DNA from: Candidatus Obscuribacteraceae bacterium
Lineage (GTDB): Bacteria; Cyanobacteriota; Vampirovibrionia; Obscuribacterales; Obscuribacteraceae
Assembly (NCBI GenBank): GCA_044226015.1
Contig: JBGAHS010000007.1
Span: 128,001-192,000, forward strand
Direction of reading: 5' to 3'
Length of the DNA: 64,000 bases
Below the pieces are notes generated by a model. It saw only the letters and a list, made by a program, of their open reading frames with translations, searched no databases and was not told the origin of the DNA. The position numbers and the translations under genes were made by a program. Of this stretch, positions 39,754-50,656 are shown piece after piece. Position 1 is the first letter of the stretch. Every line of letters starts with the position of its first letter.

Positions 39754-42700
39754 TTATGTCGTCCTTTGTGCTGTCTGCTGCGGTATCATCGCTGTTAGAA
39801 GCTCTTCAAGCAGATTCAATTGCTCAATTGGTTCAAGTCCTTCTGATTTGACCAGAATGTATGGGGTTGGTCCCAACGCACCCGGCGAACCAGGCTTGTA
39901 TGTTGTTCTTTGTGCCAGATGTTTTGGTAGTTTGTTTTGAATAGGAAGCCATTGATTCAATCTGTAAGCCACCATCATGCGCAGTCCGACCATGTCTGGT
40001 TTGATAGATTGAACGCTCGCCTTGCTTGCTATCAATCGAAGTTTTACTATCTGAGCGAGGCTCTTCACTTCAGATGGAATTGGTCCAAATCTATCTCTCC
40101 ACTCATCAGTTAGTACGATAAGCTCTCGTTCAGAACGAACATCGGCCAGGCGCTTGTACTCAATGATGCGATGTTCAGCATCTGGAATATAATCTTCCGG
40201 AATGAACGCTGTGACGTTGATATCTATTTGGGTATCAGCGTCTGCGGAAACCTGTTTTCCTTGCAATTCAGCGACAGATTCGCCGAGCAATTTACAGTAG
40301 AGATCAAAACCGACGGCGATCATGTGTCCGTGTTGCTCGGGTCCGAGTATGTTTCCTACACCTCTGATTTCCATGTCTCGAAGTGCAATCTGATAACCAG
40401 AACCGAGAGTGGTGAACTCTCTGATCGCTTTTAATCGATTTTGTGCCTGCTCTGTGAGCACTCGTTCGGGGCGATAGAGGCAATAACAGTATGCCTGAAC
40501 GTCAGAGCGTCCAACGCGTCCTCTAATCTGGTAAAGCTGTGCAAGACCGAGTCTATCAGCCTGGTCTATGATAATCGTGTTTGCATTTGGAATGTCCAAA
40601 CCCGACTCAATAATCGTTGTGCAAACAAGAATGTCATATTCGTGATTTGCAAACTCGAGCATGACATTTTCTAGCTCGCGTTCTTGCATTTGCCCGTGCC
40701 CGATGGTGATGCGAGCCTCCGGAACCAGTTCTTTGAGTTCAAGAGCAACTTTCTCAATTGTCTCCACGCGATTGTGGAGGAAGAAAACCTGACCTCCGCG
40801 TTCGAGTTCGTGCAGCAATGCAGTGCGAACTATCTGCGGTCTGTATTCGCCCACGTAGGTCTTAACCGGTGAACGGTTTACCGGAGGAGTGTTGATGATA
40901 GACATGTCACGCACGCCTGTCAGAGCCATGTTCAGCGTTCTGGGAATTGGTGTTGCAGACATTGTGAGAATGTCTACCATCACTCGAAGAGCTTTTAGCT
41001 TTTCTTTGTGAGCGACACCAAATCTATGTTCCTCGTCTATCACTACCAGCCCGAGGTCCTTAAATACTATGTCTTTTTGCAAGAGGCGATGAGTGCCCAC
41101 GACCACATCACAGGCTCCTGTTCCCAAACGCGCAATTACTTCCTTCTGTTCTTTTGCTGTTCTGAAGCGAGAAAGTAGTCCCACTTTTATAGGATAAGCT
41201 GCGAATCGTTCACACAAATTGTTGAAGTGCTGCTGCGCCAGTACGGTGGTCGGAACGAGTATTACAGCTTGTCTTCCCGACATCACTGTTTTGAATATTC
41301 CGCGAATGGCTACTTCTGTTTTTCCAAAACCCACGTCACCACATATGAGGCGATCCATCGGTTTCGCGGACTCCATGTCTTTCTTCATCTCGACGATAGC
41401 TTGCCACTGGTCTGGCGTTTCTTCGTATGGGAAGGCTTCTTCCATTTCGTATTGCCAGGGAGTATCTGGTACAGCCTGAAATCCTTCCTGCTGTGCTCTG
41501 ACTGCGTAAAGGCGAACCAACTCTTCAGCAATTAGCTGGACTGATTTCTTGACTCTGCGTTTTGTAGACTCCCAATCTGCGCCACCCAGTCGCGATAATT
41601 TGGGTACAGAATCACCGTGACCACGATAACGAGAGAGCAGATTAATCTGGTCTACCGGAACATATAACCGGTCTTCACCTGAGTATTGAACAGCTAGATA
41701 TTCTCTGGTCTGATTATCGTAAGCAATTCTCTGCACTCCAATAAACTGGCCGATACCATGCTTAATGTGTACAACGTAATCGTCGACTTTGAGATCGGCG
41801 ACGCTGGTAAAGCGCTCGTAGTTTTTCTCAGCTACAGGTCTGCGGTATGTAGTAGGTCTGCGCTTTTGACCGAACATTTCGGCATCAGTGATTGAAACCA
41901 AATTGACGTCGTCAAGTCGGAACCCGCCCACAAAACCATTACGTGTTATCCAAACTCCCGGAGCTGTCGATTGCAACCATTCTGCATTTATGTCGCCCGG
42001 TGCAGGGTGCAGGTTTGGGTTGTTTATCGACGCATCTGCTGCCGACTCAGCTTTTGCTCCGGTGTGACCTGTGCTGTTTGCACCGTCTCTGGTGGCGGTT
42101 AAGTATACAGCGGGGCAATCCCATTCATGTAAAAGACCAAGAACGCGTTGCGGCTGCTCGGTAGAAATAATAATTCTATATTTCTCTTTGAGCCAACCTC
42201 GAATCTTCTCAACCATTTGATTGAGCTGCGCATTAAAGCGTTCGACATTGTGAGAGTCAAATTGAACAACGTTGCTTTTATCTCCGCCACCATTAGCTTC
42301 GTCATAGACGCCAGTTTCCAAACCGGGCATCGAAACCAGAAACACTCGCTGGTGGCTTGGCGCTAATTGTCCGAACTCATCCAGCGTCAGATGCAGTGGG
42401 CGTGGTAGCGGCAGCAATCTTCCTGACTGCACGCCTTCTTGATATGTTTCGTCAAGGCGCTGCTCTAGAGAACGCAAGCTCATAGAGATGCCATCCCATT
42501 CGTCGAATAACAAAAGCGCGTTATCTGGAATGTAGTGCAACAATGTGCAAAATTCATCATGCAGGAACGAGCTGTAGTACTCCAGCGACTCTGGGTATGT
42601 TCCAGCTTCGAGCGCCTGTAGATCTGATTCCAGCACCGTATTTAGTGTTTCGGAAGCCGACTCGCTAAGATTCATCAGAGCTGCTTCGCCTGCTTCTTTG

Positions 42701-43443
42701 AGCTTGGCTAATACTTTGTCAGCGTCTTCCATGACTGTCCACCAGCGCGGCATGATCTTGATTTCGCTGAGTTCTTCGATAGAGCGCTGTGTGTCGATGC
42801 TGAAGTGTCTTATCGATTCAATTTCATCGCCAAACAACTCAATGCGAACTGCGGGGCCGGAAGATGGATAAATATCTATGATATCGCCCCTGGTGCTAAA
42901 TTCCCCACGCAAGGTAACGATGCTTTCTTTTGAATAGCCGAGTCTCACCAACTCAAGTCTTATTTGGGCAATGTCCATACTTTGACCTTTGCTGATGGTC
43001 AAAGTATTGTTTTGCAGTGTCGTCTTATCCAGAACTCTCTGCATCAGTGCTCTTGCGGGCAATATAACGAAGTATGGCTCTGATTTATCCTGCATAATTT
43101 GCTGCAAGACTTCCATCTGTTGCGCGATGGTATCAGGGCTATGCAAGACCTGCTCGTATGGAGAAACTTCGCTGGCAGGATAGAGCAGAACTTTGAAACG
43201 GCTCAGATTCGAGATTTCTTGTTGATATCGTGCAGCGTGATTGTGATCTGCTGCTACCAGAAAGAAAGGTCTGCGAACTTCATGATGAAGAAGCGCGAGA
43301 ATCAGCGATTTTGCCGAATCCGAAAGACCCGTAATGTGTAGTTCTTGTTTGGACTGCTTTGCTGTCCGAGCCAAAATTTTGGCGTATTGTGGACAGTCCA
43401 GAAAGTGCTGGTGAAGGGCTTGCGCCAATACGTTGTCACGCAT
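39754..43443 (-). CDS. mfd: Transcription-repair coupling factor
   Basis: VVHIKHGIG (CarD-like RID), GDVGFGKTEVA, DEEH, SATPIPRT, QIRGRVGR and TRCF C-terminal domain. Confidence 0.98.
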   Translation of the reverse strand: MRDNVLAQALHQHFLDCPQYAKILARTAKQSKQELHITGLSDSAKSLILALLHHEVRRPFFLVAADHNHAARYQQEISNLSRFKVLLYPASEVSPYEQVLHSPDTIAQQMEVLQQIMQDKSEPYFVILPARALMQRVLDKTTLQNNTLTISKGQSMDIAQIRLELVRLGYSKESIVTLRGEFSTRGDIIDIYPSSGPAVRIELFGDEIESIRHFSIDTQRSIEELSEIKIMPRWWTVMEDADKVLAKLKEAGEAALMNLSESASETLNTVLESDLQALEAGTYPESLEYYSSFLHDEFCTLLHYIPDNALLLFDEWDGISMSLRSLEQRLDETYQEGVQSGRLLPLPRPLHLTLDEFGQLAPSHQRVFLVSMPGLETGVYDEANGGGDKSNVVQFDSHNVERFNAQLNQMVEKIRGWLKEKYRIIISTEQPQRVLGLLHEWDCPAVYLTATRDGANSTGHTGAKAESAADASINNPNLHPAPGDINAEWLQSTAPGVWITRNGFVGGFRLDDVNLVSITDAEMFGQKRRPTTYRRPVAEKNYERFTSVADLKVDDYVVHIKHGIGQFIGVQRIAYDNQTREYLAVQYSGEDRLYVPVDQINLLSRYRGHGDSVPKLSRLGGADWESTKRRVKKSVQLIAEELVRLYAVRAQQEGFQAVPDTPWQYEMEEAFPYEETPDQWQAIVEMKKDMESAKPMDRLICGDVGFGKTEVAIRGIFKTVMSGRQAVILVPTTVLAQQHFNNLCERFAAYPIKVGLLSRFRTAKEQKEVIARLGTGACDVVVGTHRLLQKDIVFKDLGLVVIDEEHRFGVAHKEKLKALRVMVDILTMSATPIPRTLNMALTGVRDMSIINTPPVNRSPVKTYVGEYRPQIVRTALLHELERGGQVFFLHNRVETIEKVALELKELVPEARITIGHGQMQERELENVMLEFANHEYDILVCTTIIESGLDIPNANTIIIDQADRLGLAQLYQIRGRVGRSDVQAYCYCLYRPERVLTEQAQNRLKAIREFTTLGSGYQIALRDMEIRGVGNILGPEQHGHMIAVGFDLYCKLLGESVAELQGKQVSADADTQIDINVTAFIPEDYIPDAEHRIIEYKRLADVRSERELIVLTDEWRDRFGPIPSEVKSLAQIVKLRLIASKASVQSIKPDMVGLRMMVAYRLNQWLPIQNKLPKHLAQRTTYKPGSPGALGPTPYILVKSEGLEPIEQLNLLEELLTAMIPQQTAQRTT

Positions 43444-43680
43444 AGATTCTTGTTTTTACGACTTGCCAATAGGCTTTCAGGGCCAAAGACTTATCCTAGC
43501 ACGTGCAGAGGATTGGCGCCTGTGTAACCTTATTAGCTACTTAATATTCGGTGAGAGAAATTGCTCCCACAACTGTGATGTCAATTGTTCTTTTGCTTCT
43601 GTCTTGAAAAGACAGCGCACCCTGCAAAAGCCTTATAATGAGTTATATTAGATCTCGCTAGTCTCGGGGCTCATATCGAA

Positions 43681-45117
43681 GTGAAACTTACTCGACGTTT
43701 CCATTTCTACAAACTCATTGAATGCAAAGGTATTGTCCTCGCGCTTTTATCCTTGCTATCAATGCAGCCTGTGTTTTCATGGGACTATGCGCCAGCTGTG
43801 AATTCGTTGCTCGACGAAGCCGGAGCCGCGTATGACAAAGGTCAGTATGCATCGGCGAAACAGGCATATCGTCGCGCTCTTGAGTCAGAACCAAACTGTC
43901 CAGATGCTTATAACGGGCTTGGTTTATGTGCCTTCAAAGAGGGTGACATTTCGCTTTCGTCCAATTTTTATTCGGAAGCCCTGAGTAAAAAGTGGGACCA
44001 TTACAACGCTCTCTACAATCTAGCAAACAATTGCTACATTCAGGAAAAGTATGATGACGCCATCAAATACTACACACAAGTTTTGAAGGTGAGTGAGAAA
44101 GGTGGAAAGGGCGCAGATGCAGACCTTTATGCCAGTCTTGCAAATGTTTTTCGCGATCGCGCTGAGACTCGAACCGGAGAGTTGAAGCGACGAGATGAAT
44201 CTGCAGCGCTTGAATTTTACAATCGTGCCTTGCAAAAGAACCCCAATCATTTCAAAGCGCACGCAAATCTTGGACGATTTTATCTTGACGAAAGGCAGTT
44301 CGGAGCCGCTGAAAAAGAACTTCGAGCTGCAATTGCGCTGCAACCAAATTACTCATTTGCTTATTACGAGTTGGGTCGCCTCTACTCAATGAGAAATGAA
44401 AAGCCAGCGGCTCTGGTTGCTTATTACAACTCGATTAAGAATGAAACCGTCAAATCGCAGCAGGCTGATACTGTAGGCAAAATTGTAAACCTGGGCATGG
44501 ACCCTGCTCTGTATAAATCTTTTGCGCAAGGGTTTGAAGACTTGAGTCTGGGTAATTGGGACGCTGCTGCTGCGGAATTTGAAAGCGCTGCATCGAGCGT
44601 TAGCGACCCAGGACATTTTGCTAAGAAAGCTGTTGCATTAAACAATGCAGGCTACGCGCATTCTCGCGCAGGTGATATCACTGTCGCGATGGATTCTTTC
44701 GTCAAAGCTTTGAAATTGTGTCCCCACGGACAACCTCAGTTTCACTACAATTTGGGGCAATGCTTTTTGCAAACCAAGCGATATGATGATGCTGAAAAAG
44801 CTTTTCGAGACGCTATTGCTGAGGCAAAAGGAAATCACTTTCTTGCGCATAACTCTTTGGGCATAGTTTTGCGAATTAAAGCTGCTGCCGATAAGAAGAA
44901 CTCGGAAAAGCTATTGAACGAAGCGCTCAATGAGTACAACGTAGCGTTGATGCAATCTTCAGATGCGTTGAGTGTTGCATCCTACAATCGCGGCATTGTG
45001 TTGGAGAAACTCGGGCAGATTCCAGAAGCAAAAAAGAGCTTCAACCACTATTTGATGACTTCTCCTACCGGGTTGAATGCCGCGGCTGCACGAGAAAAAC
45101 TAGAAAAGCTAAAGTAG
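43681..45117 (+). CDS. Secreted TPR protein
   Basis: Signal peptide and about 10 TPR motifs, including AYNGLG, ALYNLA, AHANLG and FHYNLG. Confidence 0.85.
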   Translation: MKLTRRFHFYKLIECKGIVLALLSLLSMQPVFSWDYAPAVNSLLDEAGAAYDKGQYASAKQAYRRALESEPNCPDAYNGLGLCAFKEGDISLSSNFYSEALSKKWDHYNALYNLANNCYIQEKYDDAIKYYTQVLKVSEKGGKGADADLYASLANVFRDRAETRTGELKRRDESAALEFYNRALQKNPNHFKAHANLGRFYLDERQFGAAEKELRAAIALQPNYSFAYYELGRLYSMRNEKPAALVAYYNSIKNETVKSQQADTVGKIVNLGMDPALYKSFAQGFEDLSLGNWDAAAAEFESAASSVSDPGHFAKKAVALNNAGYAHSRAGDITVAMDSFVKALKLCPHGQPQFHYNLGQCFLQTKRYDDAEKAFRDAIAEAKGNHFLAHNSLGIVLRIKAAADKKNSEKLLNEALNEYNVALMQSSDALSVASYNRGIVLEKLGQIPEAKKSFNHYLMTSPTGLNAAAAREKLEKLK

Positions 45118-45281
45118 TCAGAAGCGGAGCTGAAATAGCTCTAATTCAACACTGTGTGTTTCGTTTGAAACGTTGCTCTTTGTGCCGATTTGTATTGCGG
45201 GTAATGACAACTGCTTGCATCTATAGTAAATTGTGCTTAGGGCTGCACACAGCCGCTTATCGTTTTGCCAGGATTGTGATT

Positions 45282-46433
45282 ATGTCGGCAACTAAAGATG
45301 CACCAAACAGACAAGAAGAATTCGAGCAAGTGCTCGAATGTTCTCTCGCTACTGCTAAAAACGCACCACTAGCGCCAAAAACCAAACAGCGCGTTGCCGT
45401 ATGCATGAGTGGTGGCGTCGACAGCAGTGCCACTGCTCTTTTATTGCAACAACAAGGATATGACATTGTTGGTATCACCGGCTGGTTGATCAAATCAGGC
45501 AGTCGCTGCTGTGACACCGGTATGGTCGATGCAGCACGCGTTTGTGAACAGCTCGGCATCGAGCACCATGCTGTTGATTTGCGGGCTCTGTTCAAAACAC
45601 AAGTAATCGATACCTTTCATGAGTCTTACGCTAAAGCTAGAACGCCTCTTCCGTGCAGTGTTTGCAATACTGTGATCAAATGGGGCGCGCTGCTCAATTA
45701 CAGTTTCAAGCACTTAGATGCTGACTATATCGCCACTGGGCATTATGCGCGGGTGGTGCGAGATGAGTCTGGTGCAAGACTCGCTCGCTCGGTTGATCGC
45801 AAGAAAGATCAATCATACGTTTTGTGGGAGCTAAACAACGAGCAGCTTCAGAAGACTCTTCTGCCTCTTGGTGATTACACTAAAGACCAAATTCGCGAAA
45901 TCGCTGCTGCCGGAAACCTGGTTACGGCAAAACGCAAAGACAGTCAGGACCTGTGTTTCATTCCTGAAGACAGTACAACGCAGGAATATTTAGCTCTCTA
46001 TTTAGAGCTCAGACCTGGTCCAATTATGCACATTGGCACTGGTGAAACTTTGGGTACTCATCAAGGCACACACAATTACACAATCGGGCAAAGAAAAGGT
46101 CTGGGTGTTGCTTACTCCGAGCCGTTGTACGTTTGCGGCTTAGACCCTGACATGAATGTAGTTTATGTCGGCGATAAGAATCACTTGCTGCGCAACGAAC
46201 TTACAGCTTCTGATGTTAACTGGATTATGGCGGAAGCGCCTGCAGAACCTTTTTCAGCATTAGCAAAAATTCGATATAACAGTCCGGTTGAAAAGGCAAT
46301 GATTTATCCATTGCCTGACAAGCGCGTACGAGTTGTCTTTGAGCAAGCGCAACCAGCAATTACAGCCGGGCAGGTCCTCGGAATTTACGACGAGACTGAC
46401 ACTTATGTACTCGGCGGCGGCTGGATCGACTAA
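45282..46433 (+). CDS. mnmA: tRNA 2-thiouridine(34) synthase
   Basis: MSGGVDSS PP-loop, PCSVCN, ATGHYA, KDQSY, SQDLCF, YTIGQRKG and AITAGQ motifs. Confidence 0.95.
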   Translation: MSATKDAPNRQEEFEQVLECSLATAKNAPLAPKTKQRVAVCMSGGVDSSATALLLQQQGYDIVGITGWLIKSGSRCCDTGMVDAARVCEQLGIEHHAVDLRALFKTQVIDTFHESYAKARTPLPCSVCNTVIKWGALLNYSFKHLDADYIATGHYARVVRDESGARLARSVDRKKDQSYVLWELNNEQLQKTLLPLGDYTKDQIREIAAAGNLVTAKRKDSQDLCFIPEDSTTQEYLALYLELRPGPIMHIGTGETLGTHQGTHNYTIGQRKGLGVAYSEPLYVCGLDPDMNVVYVGDKNHLLRNELTASDVNWIMAEAPAEPFSALAKIRYNSPVEKAMIYPLPDKRVRVVFEQAQPAITAGQVLGIYDETDTYVLGGGWID

Positions 46434-46651
46434 GTCTCTTTGAAGAATTAGAACTTTAATCATCGGCTTGTCAGTATCCGATGCGTCCTTAAGTGATGCG
46501 GGTTATGAGCAAACAAAGCTTCCTTTGTATATCCATCTGGTAGATTTGCTTCCTCTAATATGGAGTTATATAATTCACTTGGATGTGCCAGCGTTGTCGT
46601 GCCATGTACGAACCGCCCGGGCATTTGCATCTTCGAACCGGAAGAGCAGAG

Positions 46652-47728
46652 ATGAAAAAAGGTCAGATAATAGTCTCATCTGTGTTAGCTTCGAGCCTGT
46701 CTGTTTTGACGGCGTTCGCTAACTACGTCAATGATTCGTTCTCTGCCGCTTCTGCTGAGGCAAGGGCTCATCGTCGCAGCTCGCATGCGGCAGCAAGCTC
46801 TGGCAGAAAAAGTTCAGCGCGTCATTCTACTCACCATGCAGCGGCTTCCAGTGCTGGCAAGCGCCACGGTCATGTTTCTGCAAGCAAGAAGTCCAGGGCT
46901 CCAGTTGCCGCTGCCAAGCCTAAGTACGCATATCCTCTAGATTTTTTCATGATGCACGCTCCTGACTATGACCGCTCTCCTCTAGATGATGCACTATCCT
47001 CGAAGATAAATGATGCGTTTGCTCGTGGTATCGCTGATGATATCAATCCTCAAATGATGGTTCGTGCTGGTGTATTTAAGCACTATCCATTATCTGGTGG
47101 CATCTTCAATCGCCGCGAAGACGTGAAGTACATCGTTTTGCACTCAACCGAAACCGGCATACCGGTTCCCGGCAAGAATGTCATCAATGGCTGGAACTCA
47201 ATGGGACGAAGACACCCTGGGGCTCAGTACGTAGTAGATCGCGATGGAGTCATTTATCAGGCCCTTGACCCTGCGCTGGCTTCGGTACACGTCAACATTT
47301 TCAAGACACTTCCTGGCATAAACAATGACAATACAATCGGCATTGAGATGAATCATACAGGTCGGCAAGATTATCCTGCTGCCCAAAGGCAAGCCGTAAT
47401 GCGCCTGGTCGTATATTTGCAAAACAGGTTTAGAGTAAGCAACGAAAACATTATTACTCACCGATATGCTCAGCAAGGCGACCATACAGATCCAGTAAAT
47501 TTTGATACTGAGAGTTTCCTTTCAGTGAAAGACGATTTCAGAAACCGCACATTAGCTTTGAAGCGTCCGGCTGTGACTGCTGCTCAGAAGGAGGAAGAGG
47601 CTGAGGAAGCAGAATTTCCGCTCGCATCTGTTTATGTACAAATACATGGACCTATCGATGAAAGCAAGTATAAGTCAGCGCTTCCTTCTGGCTCTTCGCT
47701 AAGCTCTAATTCTGCGGCTCTTCACTAG
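46652..47728 (+). CDS. N-acetylmuramoyl-L-alanine amidase (Amidase_2), secreted
   Basis: IVLHST, QYVVDRDG.IYQ, NDNTIGIE, IITHR and DP motifs. Signal peptide and Ser/Ala/His/Arg linker. Confidence 0.85.
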   Translation: MKKGQIIVSSVLASSLSVLTAFANYVNDSFSAASAEARAHRRSSHAAASSGRKSSARHSTHHAAASSAGKRHGHVSASKKSRAPVAAAKPKYAYPLDFFMMHAPDYDRSPLDDALSSKINDAFARGIADDINPQMMVRAGVFKHYPLSGGIFNRREDVKYIVLHSTETGIPVPGKNVINGWNSMGRRHPGAQYVVDRDGVIYQALDPALASVHVNIFKTLPGINNDNTIGIEMNHTGRQDYPAAQRQAVMRLVVYLQNRFRVSNENIITHRYAQQGDHTDPVNFDTESFLSVKDDFRNRTLALKRPAVTAAQKEEEAEEAEFPLASVYVQIHGPIDESKYKSALPSGSSLSSNSAALH

Positions 47729-50642
47729 AGGTTTTTTCAGAATTTTCCGTTTCTTCATTGTCATGGGATAGATTTCGGTATGGATCTGATCCGCCTGGCA
47801 CTGCTGGTGCGTCGTTACTAAAATAGGATGGTATCTCCTTCTCGCCTTCGGCTCGGGCGTCAGTAAATAAGAGGCAGGCTGCAAGTTCCATTCTAGATTG
47901 TCTGGCTTCGTCATCCTTTGCCTTAAAGTGATAGTTGCAGAGCGTCTTTGCGATTCCTCTGCCTCTGCTGACTCTCCGGAATTCGCACTCATTCCATGCG
48001 GCGTTAAGTGTGTTTCTAAAGATGTATTGAGAGCGCTTAATCTCATCTTTTTCATCGATGACGAGTTTAGTTGCCCGTGAAACAATGCTATTGGCTATGG
48101 ATTCATTGTGAAATTCACGTGCCACCAAGAGTAGTGCATTAAGGTCTTCCTGCGAATTGTACTTTTGAACTACACGCTCAGCATCTGCTTCCATGCCCAG
48201 AAATAGGTAGTACCTTAATAGAGTTGAAGTGCAAAAGTCCTTGAAGATTGGATCCGCTGCCAGGTGTCTTGCCTCATCGAATTTTAGTTCTCTGATTTTG
48301 ATTTCAATCAGGTTGAGAATCATGTCTGAGTATAAGAGCCTGTTGAAGAATCCTCTGGGAGGCATTTTTTCGCTCTTCTTAGCGGCTTCTTCGAGCAAGT
48401 CTCTGGCTCTGCTGGGCATGCCGTAGGCAAGCAGTACTTTTCCGTAGGTACTGAGTAATGTTATTTCCAGTGTGTTGTCTATCTTTTCGTCGTTCTCTTT
48501 ATAAATTTCATAGGCAGTTTTGAGGTTTCTCAAATGGCTCTTGCTCTGCCTGCTGGCTAAGAGCATGTTTAAGCCGATGCGATAATTCTTCGAAAGGTTC
48601 TTTTGCTGTAGCGTTTTCTGTATCAGTTTGCAGCTGCTTTCATCCAGAGGCAATCGGCTATCTCGCATTAGCAGATCACATTTTGCTAAAGCCGCTTGCA
48701 CTTCTTTTGATGACATTTGCGCATTCGCTACCTCGCGCTCGCTTTCTGGCGACTTTTCGCCGATTGCCTGCCAGATTGCTTCCATATCCAAACCGCTAAA
48801 ATACATAATCGCCGGAAGGTAATTTAACTCCACTTCTCTTTCATCGCGTTTGCAAAGTTTCACTAGTTCAATCACATTAGTCGAAAGCAATTTTCGCGCT
48901 TTCAGTTCCTGGTTCGTATCCAGCAAGTATTTGGCTTCTACAATGAGTTTATCGAGTTCTCTTGCTGGTCTATGTGAATCAGCCCTGATCGGTACAGCCT
49001 TTGCCTTTTCGATTGCTTCTAGCGCAAGCTGCGGATGCATGTATTCAAGGCAGATGAGAGCTATTGATGCTTGAGAGTTAGATTCTTTTGCTGAGTTAAT
49101 CAACTTTTTTACTATATCAAGCCGCCTTGCTTTGAATGCTTCACGTGCAACCACAGCTAGATTTTCAGTCTCATCTGCAAACTCTAGAAGGGGTTCTAGC
49201 TGAGAGAAGTATTTATCGAAAGAGGGGTTAAATGGCTTAAGATCGTCTTGCTTCATCATGGTGCAGAGCGCAGCTTTTCGGTCGCTCATTTTAAATGAAT
49301 AAAGGTCTCGATCATGATGTGGCAGTGGCGAGGTCTTCAAATTGTTTTCTAGCTTTCGGAAGTAAAATCTTGCAAGATGAGGCAGTCGTCTATTGCTATA
49401 TGCTTGAATCAAGCTTTCGTAGCAATGTAACTTTTCCGCTCTGTACTTGTGAAGTACGCGTGCGCCCTCTGTATAAGCCACAATTGGTTCAAAGTCTCGG
49501 GTGAGTTGGGCGAGCTCTATCAAAACACGCCCTCTTTGTAGTGCGGGAATATTCGGAAATCCTAGTGTTGATTCGCACATCCCTCTTGCTTTCTCTCTGT
49601 TGCCGCGAAGCATCTCAGACTCAATGACGCTTTCGGTATAGCGTTGAAGTCTGCGAGTTGGGGCGTTCGTCGGCGCTGCCTCCTGTGGCGCTCGACGAAG
49701 GAAAAAGAACCCTGCGGGTATCAAAGCCAGCAGCAGCACCCAAGCAAGCCAGCACCTATTATTGTTCTTAACACTGCCATTCTCTCCAGCCACTGGATCA
49801 TCAATTGTGTCAAGCGCAGCTGCGAGTTCGGCCATGCTCTGAAAGCGTTTGTCGGGATCTTTCGCTAGTCCTTTTTGCAAAACGTTGTTGATTGCTGGAG
49901 AAAAGTCTTTGATGCTGCCTGTCTTTATTTCGGGCACAACAGAGTTTAGATGCTTGTACATGACTGCTACTGGTGTATCAGCGTTAAAGGGTGAATCACC
50001 AGTTAGCATTTCAAATAAACATAGAGTAAGAGCGTATATGTCAGAACGTTTGTCGGCGCGTTTTCCTGCGCACTGTTCGGGGCTCATATACTGAGCTGTG
50101 CCGATGAGATCACCTGTGCCTGTAAGCTTCTGTTTGTGTTCGTCGGTGAAACGAGCCAATCCGAAGTCGATGATTTTTACAGTGTCGGGCTCTGGCATTT
50201 GAACCAGAATTATGTTGTCGGGTTTTATATCACGATGTACTATTTCTTGCTTGTGCACGAAGTCCAGCGCCAATGCTGCGTCTTTAATTATCTTCAACGC
50301 TCTCGTAACTGCTATTTTTTCTTGCTCCAGTATTTCAGCTCGAAGCGATTTCCCTTGAATGTACTCCATGGCGATGTAGGGCTCATCGTTATTAGAGACT
50401 CCAAGGTGGTAAATGGTAACTATGTTTGGATGTGCTAGATGATGCAGCGCTTGCGCTTCGCGCTGCATTCGCAGTTTGAATTCCTCATCAATCATTACGT
50501 TGGGATGCAGAACTTTCAGAGCAATGGTGCGCTGAAAATCGAGTTGCTTTGCCAAGTAGACTACGCCCAGTCCACCCACGCCTAGCACCTTCAGGATCTG
50601 GTATCTAGCGTCGAAAACTTCTCCTGCTGAAATTTCAGGCAT
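47706..50642 (-). CDS. Hanks-type Ser/Thr protein kinase with TM helix and long helical C-terminal domain
   Basis: LGVGGLGVVY, IALKVL, HRDIKPDN, DFG and YMSPEQ motifs. TM segment WLAWVLLLALIPAGFFFL. Confidence 0.92.
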   Translation of the reverse strand: MPEISAGEVFDARYQILKVLGVGGLGVVYLAKQLDFQRTIALKVLHPNVMIDEEFKLRMQREAQALHHLAHPNIVTIYHLGVSNNDEPYIAMEYIQGKSLRAEILEQEKIAVTRALKIIKDAALALDFVHKQEIVHRDIKPDNIILVQMPEPDTVKIIDFGLARFTDEHKQKLTGTGDLIGTAQYMSPEQCAGKRADKRSDIYALTLCLFEMLTGDSPFNADTPVAVMYKHLNSVVPEIKTGSIKDFSPAINNVLQKGLAKDPDKRFQSMAELAAALDTIDDPVAGENGSVKNNNRCWLAWVLLLALIPAGFFFLRRAPQEAAPTNAPTRRLQRYTESVIESEMLRGNREKARGMCESTLGFPNIPALQRGRVLIELAQLTRDFEPIVAYTEGARVLHKYRAEKLHCYESLIQAYSNRRLPHLARFYFRKLENNLKTSPLPHHDRDLYSFKMSDRKAALCTMMKQDDLKPFNPSFDKYFSQLEPLLEFADETENLAVVAREAFKARRLDIVKKLINSAKESNSQASIALICLEYMHPQLALEAIEKAKAVPIRADSHRPARELDKLIVEAKYLLDTNQELKARKLLSTNVIELVKLCKRDEREVELNYLPAIMYFSGLDMEAIWQAIGEKSPESEREVANAQMSSKEVQAALAKCDLLMRDSRLPLDESSCKLIQKTLQQKNLSKNYRIGLNMLLASRQSKSHLRNLKTAYEIYKENDEKIDNTLEITLLSTYGKVLLAYGMPSRARDLLEEAAKKSEKMPPRGFFNRLLYSDMILNLIEIKIRELKFDEARHLAADPIFKDFCTSTLLRYYLFLGMEADAERVVQKYNSQEDLNALLLVAREFHNESIANSIVSRATKLVIDEKDEIKRSQYIFRNTLNAAWNECEFRRVSRGRGIAKTLCNYHFKAKDDEARQSRMELAACLLFTDARAEGEKEIPSYFSNDAPAVPGGSDPYRNLSHDNEETENSEKTSSEEPQN

Positions 50643-50656
50643 GAGAAGAGTCCGAT

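Noticed and set aside
38208..43443. mfd-PPIase pairing as a novel system
   Set aside because: mfd followed by a SurA/PrsA-type foldase is a widespread conserved gene order.
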